Part shown: positions 46,432 through 58,700 of the stretch, piece after piece | How the letters are laid out: each line of letters opens with the position of its first letter | Numbering within the stretch: position 1 is the stretch's first letter | DNA from: Porphyridium purpureum | Taxonomy: Eukaryota | NCBI GenBank assembly: GCA_008690995.1 | Contig: VRMN01000001.1 | Span: forward strand, 62,001-126,000 | Direction: 5' to 3' | Length of the DNA: 64,000 bases | Made by a program: the position numbers and the translations under genes | Notes under the pieces: generated by a model | What the model was told of the DNA's origin: nothing | Databases searched by the model: none | Seen by the model: only the letters and a program-made list of their open reading frames with translations

Positions 46432-48807
46432 TCATTCCTGTTCCTCGCCTTGTTCCCTTTCGTTTTCTATTTCGCTCTCTTCATCGTTCGTCACGTGCAA
46501 GTCTCTTATGAAGCGTCGTGCGATGACATTGCCTTGCCCAGCGGCCTTGCGAAACCAAGTTATTGCCATCTGCTCATCCTGAGAGAGACCACCACGCCCA
46601 GTGGCGTAATATATTCCTAATTTGCATTGTGCACTGGCATGACCTTGTTCAGCAGCCTCTTTAAACCACTTCAGCGCCTCGCATTCGTCTATATAGAGAC
46701 TCCCCTTTCCGTTCTCAAAACAGTCACCCAGCTTATACTGAGCCTGTGCAAGTCCCTGTCTGGCGGCTCTCTGCCACCACTCGATCGCTTTTTTGTCCAT
46801 GACACCAGTGGCGCTCCTTGTCGCCCAGTCTGCTCCCATGCAGTACTGTGCCTCTGCACTCTCGTTCCTGGCAGCTATAAAATACCATTCCAGCGCCTGT
46901 TCAGCATCAACGACCACTCCACCTTGCCCCGTCGCGTACATTAATCCCATAGTGAACTGAGCTCCTGGATGTTCATTCTTGGCGGCCTCGCGAATCCAGT
47001 TGAATGCCATTTGTTCATCCCTTTTCAAACCACCCTTTCCGGTGGCGTACAAGAAGCCGAGTTTGAACTGCTGCTCCGGGTCTCCTTCCCTCGCAGACAT
47101 ACGCGCCCACGCTGCAGCCTCGGTCTGCGCTGCGTCATCCTCCTTAGCTTCCGCAGTGGTGAGATACACGCCCCAGCGAAACTGCGCCTCAATACCGCCC
47201 TGTGTGTTCGGCGTCGTGAAGTACCACTCCACGGTTTCAGTCATGTCTTCGAACAAATCACTTCTGCCATTCTCGTACCCGTCACCCATGTTAAACTGTG
47301 CTGCGACGTGACCTTGCTTCGCGGCCTTTCGCCACCATTCTACCGCATCACCCTCATCCAGAGGAAGGCCGCCACGACCGGCGGCGTACATGGCGCCCAA
47401 ATTATACTGCGCATCCGAGTTGCCGGCTTCTGCCGCGAGGCGTAACCACCTAACGGCCTCACATTCGTCTACAGAAACGCCGCCCCGGCCAATCGCGTAC
47501 ATCATGGCTAATGTGCACTGTGCATGGACGTGCCCCACTGAGGCTGCCTTTGTGAACCACTTGAGCGCTTCGTGCTCATCCACCGGATGATTGCATGCTC
47601 CTTCTGCATAAATGGTGCCCAATTCGTACTGCGCTTCATCCGCGTGCGTGTTGTCGGCGGCTTTGCGATACCACTTGAGCGCTTCGCTTTCATCCACGGC
47701 AAGACCACCTTTTCCGTGCCGGTAGCAGACGCCGAGTCTGAATTCTGCGACAGAGTTTCCATGCTTTGCTGCTTCAATGTACAAGGCGACCGCTAGCTTT
47801 TCATCTGGACTTATGCCGAATCCCCCGGTCTCGTAGAGTTCAGCCAGACGCACTTGCGCTTCCAAGCAACCATCCAATGCCGCTTCACGAAGCCATTCTG
47901 CCACCTCGCTTTCGTCTACATCCAGCAGAGCACCGCGACCAGTCGAGTAGTACATGCCCATCGTGCGTCGCGCATCCGTGTCCCCCCGAATGGCTGCCTC
48001 ACGGTACCAGTGGACTGCCGCGCGCTCATCGACTTGCAGTCCACCCTGTCCCGTGGCGTAATAGAAGGCCAAATTGGACTGCGCATTTGCATCCCCAGCT
48101 TCCGCTGCCTTGCGAAACCACTTGGCTGCGGTGCTTTCATCCGCTTGTACACCGCATGCGCCGTTCGCATACATGACCCCCAAGCTACATTGCGCGCCGG
48201 CATGATCGGCATTGGCTGCCTTGGTCATCCATTCTACAGCAAGATCATTGTTCTGCTTTAAGCCATAGTCACCAGCGGCGTACATCATGCCCATCTCATA
48301 CTGTGCGCTAATGAAACCTGCCTTTGCAGCTGCGCTTATCCAGTTGACAGCTTCAGCATTATCCCCGCTCTCCCTCTTTTTCATGCCTTCCGTGTACCAA
48401 TACTCTGCTTCTTCGCGGCGCGCCGCTCGCTCCCTAAAGGCTCGCTCGAGCTGCTCGTTCGTGACCTCTGGACCTTGCACAGGCGGCGCGTCTGCCGTGT
48501 TCTCTTCATTCTGGTACTTTGGCGGAACATCCCACGGCAATGATGGCCACTGCTTCGGCCACTCGTCGTCCGACGAGGAATACGATCTCGGGTCGCACAG
48601 CGCCACAGCCACACTATGAAGATTACGCGAAGGACCGAATGCACTTGCCCGTGTCGTCGCAGCACCACAGGACAGCCTGCATTGGCGCCGGCACTGTCGC
48701 CATTCATGCGCGAATTTTATTTTGCGACACCCGCGTGACGCGCGCGCCAAGGTAGCGCTAGACCACATGACCGTAGCAACCGCGAGACACGCACGCAAGG
48801 ATGCCAT
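46432..48807 (-). CDS. Sel1-like repeat solenoid protein A (~16 repeats), putative mitochondrial presequence
   Basis: Tandem AQxxLGxxYxxGxGGLxxDExxAxxWxxxAAxxG units of mostly 37 aa. Arg-rich leader ending near RSYSS. ATG at 48807. Confidence 0.92.
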   Translation of the reverse strand: MASLRACLAVATVMWSSATLARASRGCRKIKFAHEWRQCRRQCRLSCGAATTRASAFGPSRNLHSVAVALCDPRSYSSSDDEWPKQWPSLPWDVPPKYQNEENTADAPPVQGPEVTNEQLERAFRERAARREEAEYWYTEGMKKRESGDNAEAVNWISAAAKAGFISAQYEMGMMYAAGDYGLKQNNDLAVEWMTKAANADHAGAQCSLGVMYANGACGVQADESTAAKWFRKAAEAGDANAQSNLAFYYATGQGGLQVDERAAVHWYREAAIRGDTDARRTMGMYYSTGRGALLDVDESEVAEWLREAALDGCLEAQVRLAELYETGGFGISPDEKLAVALYIEAAKHGNSVAEFRLGVCYRHGKGGLAVDESEALKWYRKAADNTHADEAQYELGTIYAEGACNHPVDEHEALKWFTKAASVGHVHAQCTLAMMYAIGRGGVSVDECEAVRWLRLAAEAGNSDAQYNLGAMYAAGRGGLPLDEGDAVEWWRKAAKQGHVAAQFNMGDGYENGRSDLFEDMTETVEWYFTTPNTQGGIEAQFRWGVYLTTAEAKEDDAAQTEAAAWARMSAREGDPEQQFKLGFLYATGKGGLKRDEQMAFNWIREAAKNEHPGAQFTMGLMYATGQGGVVVDAEQALEWYFIAARNESAEAQYCMGADWATRSATGVMDKKAIEWWQRAARQGLAQAQYKLGDCFENGKGSLYIDECEALKWFKEAAEQGHASAQCKLGIYYATGRGGLSQDEQMAITWFRKAAGQGNVIARRFIRDLHVTNDEESEIENEREQGEEQE

Positions 48808-49318
48808 CCAAGTATGCCTTCGAACGCTGCAATATTCCCTGGATCCAGCATGAAGGTCTCTCCCGGCCCTCACGTGGCTAATGTTTGCACGTACTAAACC
48901 TTTTACACATTTCTGTAGCGCTTGTGGTCCAGGGAGGACAATCTCATACCTGTGACCCCTGGATGGAATCTGGTAGAGAGCGCGCTGCTGTTTGCTAAGT
49001 CGTATTGCGCTTTTCTATGATCGCTCACTTCGTGCCTTGGGGACGGCGCCGGCACCGGACTGGCATGGTGTCCACAGAAATGGATTGCCATGCTCGTGTG
49101 TGAGACAGAATCAGGCAGCTAGGAGAGAGCCACGCTTGCGCGCCTTCAACACGAACGTGCTTGTTCAGCACAACGACCAGGCTGCGGTGAATCAGGGGAA
49201 AGTCTGAACGCCGCGATGCACAAAGGAGTCACACGTGGCTCCTTAAATCTGTTGCGTGCGTCTTTTGGTCTTTGTCAGTAATTCAGTCTTCATGATGCAA
49301 GCTCCAAGTCTCCTATGG

Positions 49319-51733
49319 TCAGATGTACCTGTAGCCTGCGCTTCGCAAAAGATCCTTTGCTTTCATGTCTCCCTGAGCAGCGGCTTTGCGCCACCAGTCG
49401 ATGCCAGTGTCGTAATCCTTGGAAAGGCCACACCTTCCGCCAGCATACAGCGAGCCTAGATAAACCTGCGCTTCGGGATCGCCAAGTTCGGCAGCCTGGC
49501 GAAAGTACTCAAGAGCCTTCTCCTTGTTCTCACGCAACCCCCCTATTCCCTTTTCATAACAAACACCCATGTTGAACACAGCTTCGCGAAATCCTTGATT
49601 TGCCGCGGCCTGAAATAAGTCTTTCGCCTTGACTTCATCAATATTAAGTCCCGCTTTTCCCTCGGCGTGGCAGACGCCCAGATTGTACTGCGCCTCTGCC
49701 AGACCTTGGTCCGCCGCCTTCTCGTACCAAGCCACAGCCTCGGACTCGTCCACGGGAATGCCGCCCATTCCATTCTCGTGATGCAAGCCAACATTAAACT
49801 GCGCAGCGGCGTGCCCTTGCTTTGCGGCAGAAGCAAATAATATGAGCGCTCTCTGCGCATCAACGGTAAGCCCGCCTTGTCCATTCATGGTCATCAAGCC
49901 GAGATTAAATTGCGCATCAGGCTGACCTTGTTCGGCAGCCTTTGTGTACCAGTGCACGGCCATATAATAGTCTACCGCGAGACCCCCTTTGCCTTGCATG
50001 TAGTAGTACCCCAGGCAGCACTGTGCCTCGGCATTATTAGCATTCGCCGCTTTGCGAAACCACTCCTCCGCGTCGTGGTCATTTGACGGTCGGACGCTGT
50101 TCACCACTCCCAGTCCCTCTCTCAGACGTATTCGACCTTTCCCGGCTTCATAGAACAGACCTACACTTACTTGTGCGTCAGTATGTCCTTGCATGGCGGC
50201 CTGAAGGAACCAATTGAGCGCCTTGCGCTCGTCTTTTGCAAGGCCGCCGACACCACTCTCGCAAATAAGCCCCAAAGTGAACTGGGCTTCGGCGTCTCCC
50301 AAAGTGGCCGCTGCGTGAAACCATTTACGCGCCTCGCGCATGTTGGCTTTCAGACCGCAGAGTCCGTGCCCATAGTAGGTTCCCAGAGTGAACTGAGCGC
50401 GTGCATTTCCGTTGGCAGCCGCGGTGCTGTACAACTGCATTGCTAAGCGCTCATTCACTGGGAATCCGCCTTTGCCATTCTCGTGACAAAGGCCTAGCTG
50501 AAACTGTGCCTCCGATGAACCCGCTGCGGCGGCGCGTTGAAACCAATTGACGGCTTCGCGCTCATCCACCTCTAACCCGCATTCTCCGTCGAGATAGAGA
50601 ACGCCCAGCATAACCTGGGCGCCTTGGTGGCCACTGTTGGCTGCCTTCAGAATCCACGTAATCGCGGCTTGCTCGTCTTTGGACACTTCACCTCTACCAC
50701 TCTTAAAGAAAAGGCCAACGGCGAGTTGCGCATCCGCGATGTCATGAGCTGCGGCTTTTCGATACCACTCTATCGCCTCGCGGTCATTTGCAGCAAGTCC
50801 GCCCCGTCCTCTTTCATGAAATTGGCCCATATGATACTGTGCTGTGCCGTGATTTTGAAGCGCCGCCTTTTGATACCAATCGAGCGCCAAGCCTTCATCC
50901 ACGGCGAGACCGCCCTTTCCCATGGCGTAGAACGTGCCCAACTGGCACTGCGCAAGGCTTGACCCTGCATTAGCGGCCTTACGATACCATTCGACAGCTT
51001 TGACCTCATCCTGCTCAACGCCGCCCCTTCCAGCCTCGAACATCAAGCCTAGATATGCTTGTGCGTCTGGATCACCGGCCATTGCGGCTTTGCGATACCA
51101 CTCCACCGCAGCATGCTCATCGACTTTCAAACCGCACTCTCCGTTTGCGTACATTTCGCCGAGCTTGACTTGTGCCCCTACAAGGCCTGCCGAGGCCGCC
51201 TTTGATATAAGGAAGACCGCTTCCGCATAGTTTCCGCCCTTGCTTTCGGTCATGCCGCGCTGAAATCTCTCTGATGCGTCGCGGAGCGCCAGATCAGCAT
51301 CGACCGATGCAGCTTGCGCGACCCTCTCTTCCGCAGATGGCCTATCTCCACTACCACCAGACGAACTGCGTGCGGCATCTGGTTCGTGACTGTTCGCGGC
51401 GTGCTGTGACGGAGCACGAATGGGCTCATTACTCGAGTCGGCAGGTATTGCTGTGCCGCTGAACATGCGACCGTGAAATTCTCTCGTACAAGCTCCGTCC
51501 ACAGCCTGCTGAAGCCTGTGAAAAAGAAAAGCGTGTGGCTCGGTTCCGCAAGCTGCCATAAATCCAGATCGCCATTGAAAGGCGCGTAGCGGCGGCACCC
51601 TGGACCGCAGAACCGAATGCTGCGCTGTTGCTCGACGCCGGTTCAGCGCGGCCGCTATCATGTACGTCCAGCCGCGGCCCACTCGTGTATAAGACGCTCG
51701 CCGCAGCCGAGCCATTCTCCACACCACGGTCAT
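49319..51733 (-). CDS. Sel1-like repeat solenoid protein B (~16 repeats), putative mitochondrial presequence
   Basis: Same 37-aa repeat and similar N-cap (GNYAEAVFLISKAA vs GDNAEAVNWISAAA). Arg-rich, acid-poor leader with RMFS. Confidence 0.92.
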   Translation of the reverse strand: MTVVWRMARLRRASYTRVGRGWTYMIAAALNRRRATAQHSVLRSRVPPLRAFQWRSGFMAACGTEPHAFLFHRLQQAVDGACTREFHGRMFSGTAIPADSSNEPIRAPSQHAANSHEPDAARSSSGGSGDRPSAEERVAQAASVDADLALRDASERFQRGMTESKGGNYAEAVFLISKAASAGLVGAQVKLGEMYANGECGLKVDEHAAVEWYRKAAMAGDPDAQAYLGLMFEAGRGGVEQDEVKAVEWYRKAANAGSSLAQCQLGTFYAMGKGGLAVDEGLALDWYQKAALQNHGTAQYHMGQFHERGRGGLAANDREAIEWYRKAAAHDIADAQLAVGLFFKSGRGEVSKDEQAAITWILKAANSGHQGAQVMLGVLYLDGECGLEVDEREAVNWFQRAAAAGSSEAQFQLGLCHENGKGGFPVNERLAMQLYSTAAANGNARAQFTLGTYYGHGLCGLKANMREARKWFHAAATLGDAEAQFTLGLICESGVGGLAKDERKALNWFLQAAMQGHTDAQVSVGLFYEAGKGRIRLREGLGVVNSVRPSNDHDAEEWFRKAANANNAEAQCCLGYYYMQGKGGLAVDYYMAVHWYTKAAEQGQPDAQFNLGLMTMNGQGGLTVDAQRALILFASAAKQGHAAAQFNVGLHHENGMGGIPVDESEAVAWYEKAADQGLAEAQYNLGVCHAEGKAGLNIDEVKAKDLFQAAANQGFREAVFNMGVCYEKGIGGLRENKEKALEYFRQAAELGDPEAQVYLGSLYAGGRCGLSKDYDTGIDWWRKAAAQGDMKAKDLLRSAGYRYI

Positions 51734-52082
51734 CAGAAGAGCCGCGGCCTTCTTACGTCCCAGCTCTGTCTCCTCGGCCTAGTCGTCCTAACCCGGCGTG
51801 ACTTGCGTCCGAGTATCATTGCCCTCGAGGCTTCAGAACGCCACGGCGCGATCCGCACGAGAATACGACCACTGCCAGCTTCCGGCGCCTGCCACAGTCG
51901 TGCAAGAACGCGGCGCCACACGTGCACTCTGGCCCGCTTTCTTCGCAGCTGCGCGTGCGTCAGAGCGTCGAGCGAGCGAGGCGAAGGAGGAAGGGCGAAG
52001 AGTCTGTGTGCAGTGCTTGTGTCTATGTGTGTATGGGGAGGGAAGGCGGGGGCGAGCTGCGTTTAGGACGGAGCAGCACGCT

Positions 52083-55000
52083 ATGTCAGTGGCAAATATC
52101 ATTCCAGAGCCGCTGCAAGGCGTGTTCCAGTTCAGGTGAGTGGTGTGGGCGGCGATTGAAGTGATAGTCTGATGTCCAGGTCGAGGTGCTCATGCATGGC
52201 TCGATGCTCGGCTATCGATCCGCAGCTTCATACCATGCATAAAGGAATGCATAATCGTGCTCCGCGCGATTTGCATAATTCTGGCATGATCCGCGTTGCA
52301 GCTCAACGGTGATGATGCTGCTTGCAAGGTGGAAGCTTGAGTTGGTGATTGTGCCTTTAGTGCAGAATGTACTGACAGTGAAGCATTCAATTTGTCACGA
52401 CACGGTCACTTCTGGTACGCGTGAGTATCTTCTTTCTCGCATCTGTGCTGCATTCGAGTCTAGAGACTTCAATGAGGTGCAAAATGAATGCTTGGAAGCA
52501 TTCACCGCGCAACACAACATGGTGATATGTGCACCTACGGGCAGTGGTAAGACCGCCATCTTTGAGCTGGCAATATGTCGTTTGATCGTAGATTTGGCCG
52601 CGGAAAATAATGTCTCTCCCGGTCAGATTCACGGCCTGCGAGGCTGCAAAGTAATGTTCGTTCAGAGTTGGTGACTTTGCTCTCATATTTTCGATCTTCG
52701 CACTTGTCGTGTGAAGCATGTTAACACAGGGAGCTTGCGGCTGACACTGTGACGCGCCTCTTCTCGTCTTGTTGAATGTCGTGCTGCATGCGTGCTCGGA
52801 CTTGCTTGCTTTCGCCTGCCATGCATTCGTATGGTACTTGCAGCTATCTTGCTCCAATGAGGTCTCTCTGCTCAGAGCGCGCGCAAGATTGGAAACGCCA
52901 ATTTTCCTTCTTACAGGTCAAGCTACTGACCGGAGACGACTGGAGCTCGACAGCAGATCTCGATGCACAAAACGGCGAATCGCAGCTCGATATTCGGGAC
53001 GCTGACATTGTGTGCTCGACACCTGAAAAGTGGGACTCATATACGCGCGGTGCGGCGCTGCATGGAGGTACAAAGTCAGATTCTACCTGGAGGAGCGCAA
53101 ATGCGGTGCGCCTGCTGTTGGTGGACGAGGTTCATGTGGTTGGCGACAAGTCGCGCGGGGCCTCACTCGAGGCCGTTGTGACGCGCATGTTGTACTCTTC
53201 TGAGCTCTTGCGAAACTCTGGCGATCACACAGGCGCGCTGTCGCGGCTGCGCGTCATCGCGGCAAGTGCGACTGTACCGAACGCGCAGGATATTGCTCGG
53301 TGGATCCGTGCACCACTAGACCGCATGGGACTGAAGGTATTTCACATGTCTACCCGCCCGATCAGGCTTGACCATATCGTGCTAGGCTTTCGCGAGGCGA
53401 ACCCGTGGCGGTTTGATGACTACTTGAATGATCGTCTACTGGACGTTATCCAGCGCTACAGTGAAGGAAAACCGGTACTCGTATTTTGCAGTAGTCGCAA
53501 AGGGACGCAAAAGGCAGCCGAGGCGCTGATGTGTCGACTAGAGACCGGTACGCGATCTTTGCTTTTCTTTCCGATCTGTCTTTGCTGGCTTGAAAGAGTT
53601 GAATTTGGTCAAAGCTTGAAGGCAAGTTCATTGCTTGTTTTCTCCCTTTGCGACTTTTTTTTTTTTTTTTTTTTTCCTCTCTTCAGCTTCAGATACTGAT
53701 CTGCTGTTCCGTTGACGTACTGCAACGTATTCGTCACTGCTTCATGTACATGCAGCCACTCACAATGTGATCCTCTCTTCCACGGGAATCCGAAACCGGT
53801 TGCTTCTCCAAGAGGAAGCGACAGCGTTCGACGACGCAACATTGCGGCAGATAGTACCGCACGGTGTCGCGTTCCACAACGCGGATCTTGCTCTGGACGA
53901 TCGCATGCGGGTCGAGTCGCTCTTCCGCCGAAGCTTGTTGCGCGTAATCTGCACGACGACCACGCTGGCGCAGGGCGTGAACCTGCCCGCGCGACTGGTG
54001 ATTGTCAAGGGCACCAAGCTGTACGAGCAAGGTAAATTGAAAGACTACGACGTCAATACTGTAACGCAAATGATGGGCCGCGCTGGGAGACCTGGTATGG
54101 AAGAGTCTGGTCTTGCAGTGATCATGACATCACTCGACTCTGTCGCACATTTCGAGCGGGTATGCGCAGGCTCGCTCGACGTTGTGGAGAGCAGTCTCTT
54201 AGGCGCACTAACGGAGCACTTGAATGCCGAAATCTGTCGTGGAACATTGTGTGATTTAGCCTCCGCGCTCGAGTGGCTCAAATGCTCATTTCTTTGGGTG
54301 CGTTTTACGCGAAGCCCGCATCTGTACGTGAGCGCTCCTGTGGGTGCCGATTTCAGTCCAGAGGCATTACTCAGCAATGCTTGCTTAGATGCTCTGCGCA
54401 GGCTTGCGGAAGCCGGTTTCATACAGCTTGATGATGATGGCAGTGGCGACGACGAGGACGACGCGCTGCGTGTGCACGCGTGCGCTCCAGCGTTCGTTCT
54501 GGCAAAGTACTACATTTCATTTGAAACCATGTTGCAATTTGTGGACGCAACCTGGCCTGCTGATGAGAATCAGTCTGCATCACTTCTAACGGCGCGCGGG
54601 AACTTGACGGTACACATTCTGGCAACGGTGTCAAGGATGCGAGAGTTTGCAGGTATCATCTTGCGGCGGGGAGAGAAGACCGCTCTCAACGCCGTGAATG
54701 CCAAGCTACGCTTTCCCGTGAACACAGGAAGTCATCATGGTATGGGTCCAAACGGCGGCGGTGCTAGTGGCAAGGTCAAGACCCACCTGGACAAGATCGT
54801 GGTGATGCTGCAAGCGAGTATGGGTCTCGGTGAGCAGTCTGGGCAGCTATTTAGCGAGCACGCTTCGCTTCGTGCTGAAATGGGATCTGTGTGTCGGACG
54901 GCGCTGCGTCTGCTCAGCTGCTGGGCCGAGCTACTCCTTGCCCTCCGCGAGCGCCGCCCGGCGCACTTCAAGCTTGCTCGCTCACTTTTCCGCGTCCATT

Positions 55001-56772
55001 CGAGCCTGCACGGCAAGTGCTGGTGGGACACAGCTGACACACTCCGCCAGCTTCCAGGCATCGGCGTTGCGCTTGGCGGTACGCTGCAACGCGCTGGTAT
55101 TGATTCGCTCGACAAGCTTGCCGTCACCCACGCGCGTAAGATCGAGGCAATGCTGCATAAAACATCTCCATTTGGTGCGAATTTGCTGCTGAGCGTCGCA
55201 GCCTTGATGCCCAAGTTGGAGGTTCGCTTTTTTGGCAGCGATCACGCACAGTCGTCAACGCAAAGGATGTTGGGAACAGAATTTAAGATTGCTCTAGAGC
55301 TGACGATTTCACGTCGAGATGTCAGCGCACTCGGTGCTGGCGGAGATAGCGGAATGGTATCAGCACAGAGCAAGGCATCTGGGAGGGCGCAAAGTAAGAA
55401 GAAACAGATGACATTTTACATTGTTGCAGGAGCGAGGCAGCATCGCTCTCGCGAACAGACCCAAGCTGATACGCAGGGCGGACTGGGAAAGTGTGTCTGG
55501 GTGGATCATTTCCGCGCGTCTCTACCCTTGTCGACCATTGAGCATGCCGCGTTTCGTCGCCGCGTGACACTGACCGTGCCGGCCGGTACCGACATTGAGT
55601 GCGTATTTGGATGTGAGGAGCTGGCCGGACTTGAAGTCATCGAGTTCTGGCCCCCGCGCTTAAAGCAGAATGGTGGCGCTGGCACCGGGGCAGGCATGAG
55701 CAGTAACGGCGGCTCCGATTACTCTTCCTCGAACAGCGCGCTAGATCTTTCCAAGAAGTTCAAGTCGCAGAACACGCGGAAGAGGAAAGGAGTGACTCCA
55801 GTTGAAACCGTATTGACCAATGATATTGGCCTCGAGCGCACATGCAAACACTCCTGCAAGAACAAATTTGCTTGCAAGCACGCATGCTGCAAAAGAGTGT
55901 CTGCAGCCGGTCCGCTGGAGCGACATTTCAAGAAGTCCAAGGAGGCCAAGGCACGCACTGACGCGGATAGTGAGGGTGTGGTCCCTTCCTCGGGATTGAT
56001 GCGAGCCAAGTCTGCAGGTAGGCGCCAGAGTCTCAATCAGGAACTCAAGCGAGACGTGGACGGGTGGGACGATAGCGCCGGTGACAGCGGCACATCGGAG
56101 AGGCACGAGCATGATGTGGCGCGAGAACTGCCAGACCAAATTGCAGACAGCGCATTTTCAAAGCCTCGTGGGTCGTTGCAGAAATTGTCCAACCAGAAGC
56201 GTCCCTACGATGCGGCCACCGTAAGGTCGTCACCGGTCACTTGCGTTCCTCAAGATGCTGTTGCGAGTCTTGCGGGAGATCATATCCCGTCTGGAACATT
56301 GTTGGATTGGGACAATGTGCCATACTGTGACGACGATATTTTCTGTGCATCTTCGAGGCTGCGAAGCAACGCGCAGCAAGCACACTTGGGCCCAAGTTCT
56401 GGCGGAGGAGCGTCACCTGTGAAAATTACTTCCAAGCCGGCCATCTTGTCTCAGCTTTCTTCTGATCCAAATGTGACTGCTTTCACGGAACCGTGTGAGC
56501 AAGCCACTGCAAACAATGCCGTCCATCTGCAACATACCAGCTCTGCAACCCCGTTTTCAGCCGTACCGTGCACCACGAAAGAAGAGCAACTCGATGTGTT
56601 AGGTTGCAAGAGGCCAAAAATCATTGGTCAGCATTCACCGCAAGCTGCGGCGGCAATGGGAAATCTGGCACCCGCTGTGCCAAAGGCAGCCTCATGGCAA
56701 CCGAGAGTCCATACTCAGACAAGATCCCGCGAGGCGCTTGCGTACGAGTCGCTCTTGGAATCCTTGTTCTGA
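52083..56772 (+). CDS. MER3: Meiotic Ski2-like helicase MER3/HFM1. Exons 52083-52135, 52464-52655, 52844-53547, 53756-56772
   Basis: Three phase-compatible GT-AG introns give FRDFNEVQ, APTGSGKT, KVIYLAPMRSLC, TPEKWD, DEVH, SAT, TTTLAQGVNLPA, QMMGRAGRPG, a Sec63-like region and the MER3-type CKHSCKNKFACKHACCK motif. Confidence 0.92.
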
Positions 56773-57031
56773 CGTTTGTTCGTCGCGTGCATACTTTCCT
56801 CGTTTTCCCTTTTCTTGTCTTGAGCTACGTACGATCCTGTGAAAGATTGCGCCACTCGCGCACGACGAAGCCTGGCGCGGATGGCGCTTGGATATCCATC
56901 CATTCTTGGTTTCGAGAGTCACTGATGTGAAACAAGATGATCTCGTGAAATACATTTCCGGCTTCATATGCTGAACCATGCTTGATAAACATCACTTTGT
57001 GAATGTCAGAGTGCCTTCCGCTTCTCTTCTG

Positions 57032-58342
57032 TCACGCGTGGGCGACGTCTGACTTTTTCAATGGAAATGCATGTAGACCTTCGAACTGCTGCCAGAATTC
57101 CTGGCTGTCTTCGCTATCGCTTCGTGGAGCGGCTGTACCTGTATAGTGAGCATCGAGCGGAATATGGAAATCGTACAAGTCGCTGTCTTCGCTTTCTTCC
57201 TCAAGCGCATGTCTCGCTGCCCTGGACGAGGATAGCGAGTCCCGCTTCTTCAGATGTCCACTTCGATTCACTGCATTGAAGCTTGAGCGCAGCACGCTTG
57301 CGTCCGCGCTGTCCATGAATCCCTTGGTTAATGATGCATCTGCACTTCTCTCCAAGAATTTGAGCGGAAAATCAAAGACCTGGGTGAGTAACGATACCCA
57401 CCATGGCTTGTCCGTCTTGTCATTTGCGCGTTTTGCACGCTCGTGAATTCTATCTTGCTCGAGTGCGCCGGCTGAAGAAAGGTGGGTAGTTCCGCACCCC
57501 TGGGTCAATGTCATGGCAGTTCTTTGCATCTCCGGCTTTTGCTTGTCTGACACGTCCTTGGGCCTCAAAAACTCCTCGAGCTCACACAATTTGCGAAGGG
57601 AGCGCTCAGTCTGTTCCTTGTCTGCCACACCACGCAAATGCAGCGCATGTGTGGTCTTTTCGAGACGCGCGATCGATTTGACCGCCCGGGCCTGGACTGA
57701 ACGCAAGTCCGCATGGAGCTGCTCGGGTGCCGCTCCGTGCGAGTTGGACTTGATTTGGGATTCAAAGTCTTCACAGCGCTGTAAAATACTCGTCAGCTTG
57801 ACTATGAAGGCATCCAGAGCGCTACCGTTGGCAGCCAAGATCTGGTCACCTTGACAGTCGGACTCAAACACGTGTTCCTGCTCATGCTGCGGTCTAAGCT
57901 CTCGAACCGGCGTGCCGTACGAAATCGCTCCTACCTCTCCTGTGGACACTGGAGCATCTACCAGGTTCGAGAAGTTGTCCTGCTCCGGTTCATAAGTTTC
58001 AGAAAATTGAGACGGCTCGCTCCACTCCCGAGTGAAGCTGTTCGTCAATTGGCGGCTCGACTGTGTTCTCCACACTTTGCTTGAGCTTGCGACGGGCGAA
58101 CGCGGCCTCGACGTCCTGCTCCATGTTAAATCTGGTAATTCTCGTGGCGTATCAACATTCAGTGGCTGCTCTGCAGCATTCACGTTCACACTCGGTTCGG
58201 GATCAGCTTGGTGCATGCCTTCTCCCCGCGAGTCCTCACCTAGCGAGCCGGCGGAAAAATGTACGCGTCTACGTGATAGTGGACCAGCACTGCGTGGCGT
58301 CGATGACGGCGACGCATCTCCCGCATCCGCCATGGCTACCAT
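57032..58342 (-). CDS. Hypothetical protein, largely disordered with a central helical/coiled-coil region
   Basis: 436-codon ATG-initiated ORF, S/E/D-rich, convergent with MER3. No family recognised. Confidence 0.65.
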   Translation of the reverse strand: MVAMADAGDASPSSTPRSAGPLSRRRVHFSAGSLGEDSRGEGMHQADPEPSVNVNAAEQPLNVDTPRELPDLTWSRTSRPRSPVASSSKVWRTQSSRQLTNSFTREWSEPSQFSETYEPEQDNFSNLVDAPVSTGEVGAISYGTPVRELRPQHEQEHVFESDCQGDQILAANGSALDAFIVKLTSILQRCEDFESQIKSNSHGAAPEQLHADLRSVQARAVKSIARLEKTTHALHLRGVADKEQTERSLRKLCELEEFLRPKDVSDKQKPEMQRTAMTLTQGCGTTHLSSAGALEQDRIHERAKRANDKTDKPWWVSLLTQVFDFPLKFLERSADASLTKGFMDSADASVLRSSFNAVNRSGHLKKRDSLSSSRAARHALEEESEDSDLYDFHIPLDAHYTGTAAPRSDSEDSQEFWQQFEGLHAFPLKKSDVAHA

Positions 58343-58700
58343 TGTGAACGCCGTCGGCCACGCGCACAGACAACCAATCCGTCGCTGCCGTGTACGTGCT
58401 AATTTCGTAGACGTTTGTCAGCTAGGATTGTACCGGCTGCGCGGCAGTCAGAAGCATCCAAAAGGTGCAGCGTTGCAGCGGGTGCCTTCAGGAGAGTCTA
58501 CGTCGCCGTAAGTTTCCCGACCTCGTTTTCTTCTGGTGATACTCGCCTCGGCGCATTCATTTCTTCCTTTCATTTTTTTCCCCGTCGTCTTCTCAGGCCG
58601 CTCCCGGGCGAGCAAACAAACAAGCACGGCAGCTGCTGAAGGACTCGCAGAGATGGGTGACAGAGCCTGGAATTCACGTTTTACATAAGTGGACGATCTT

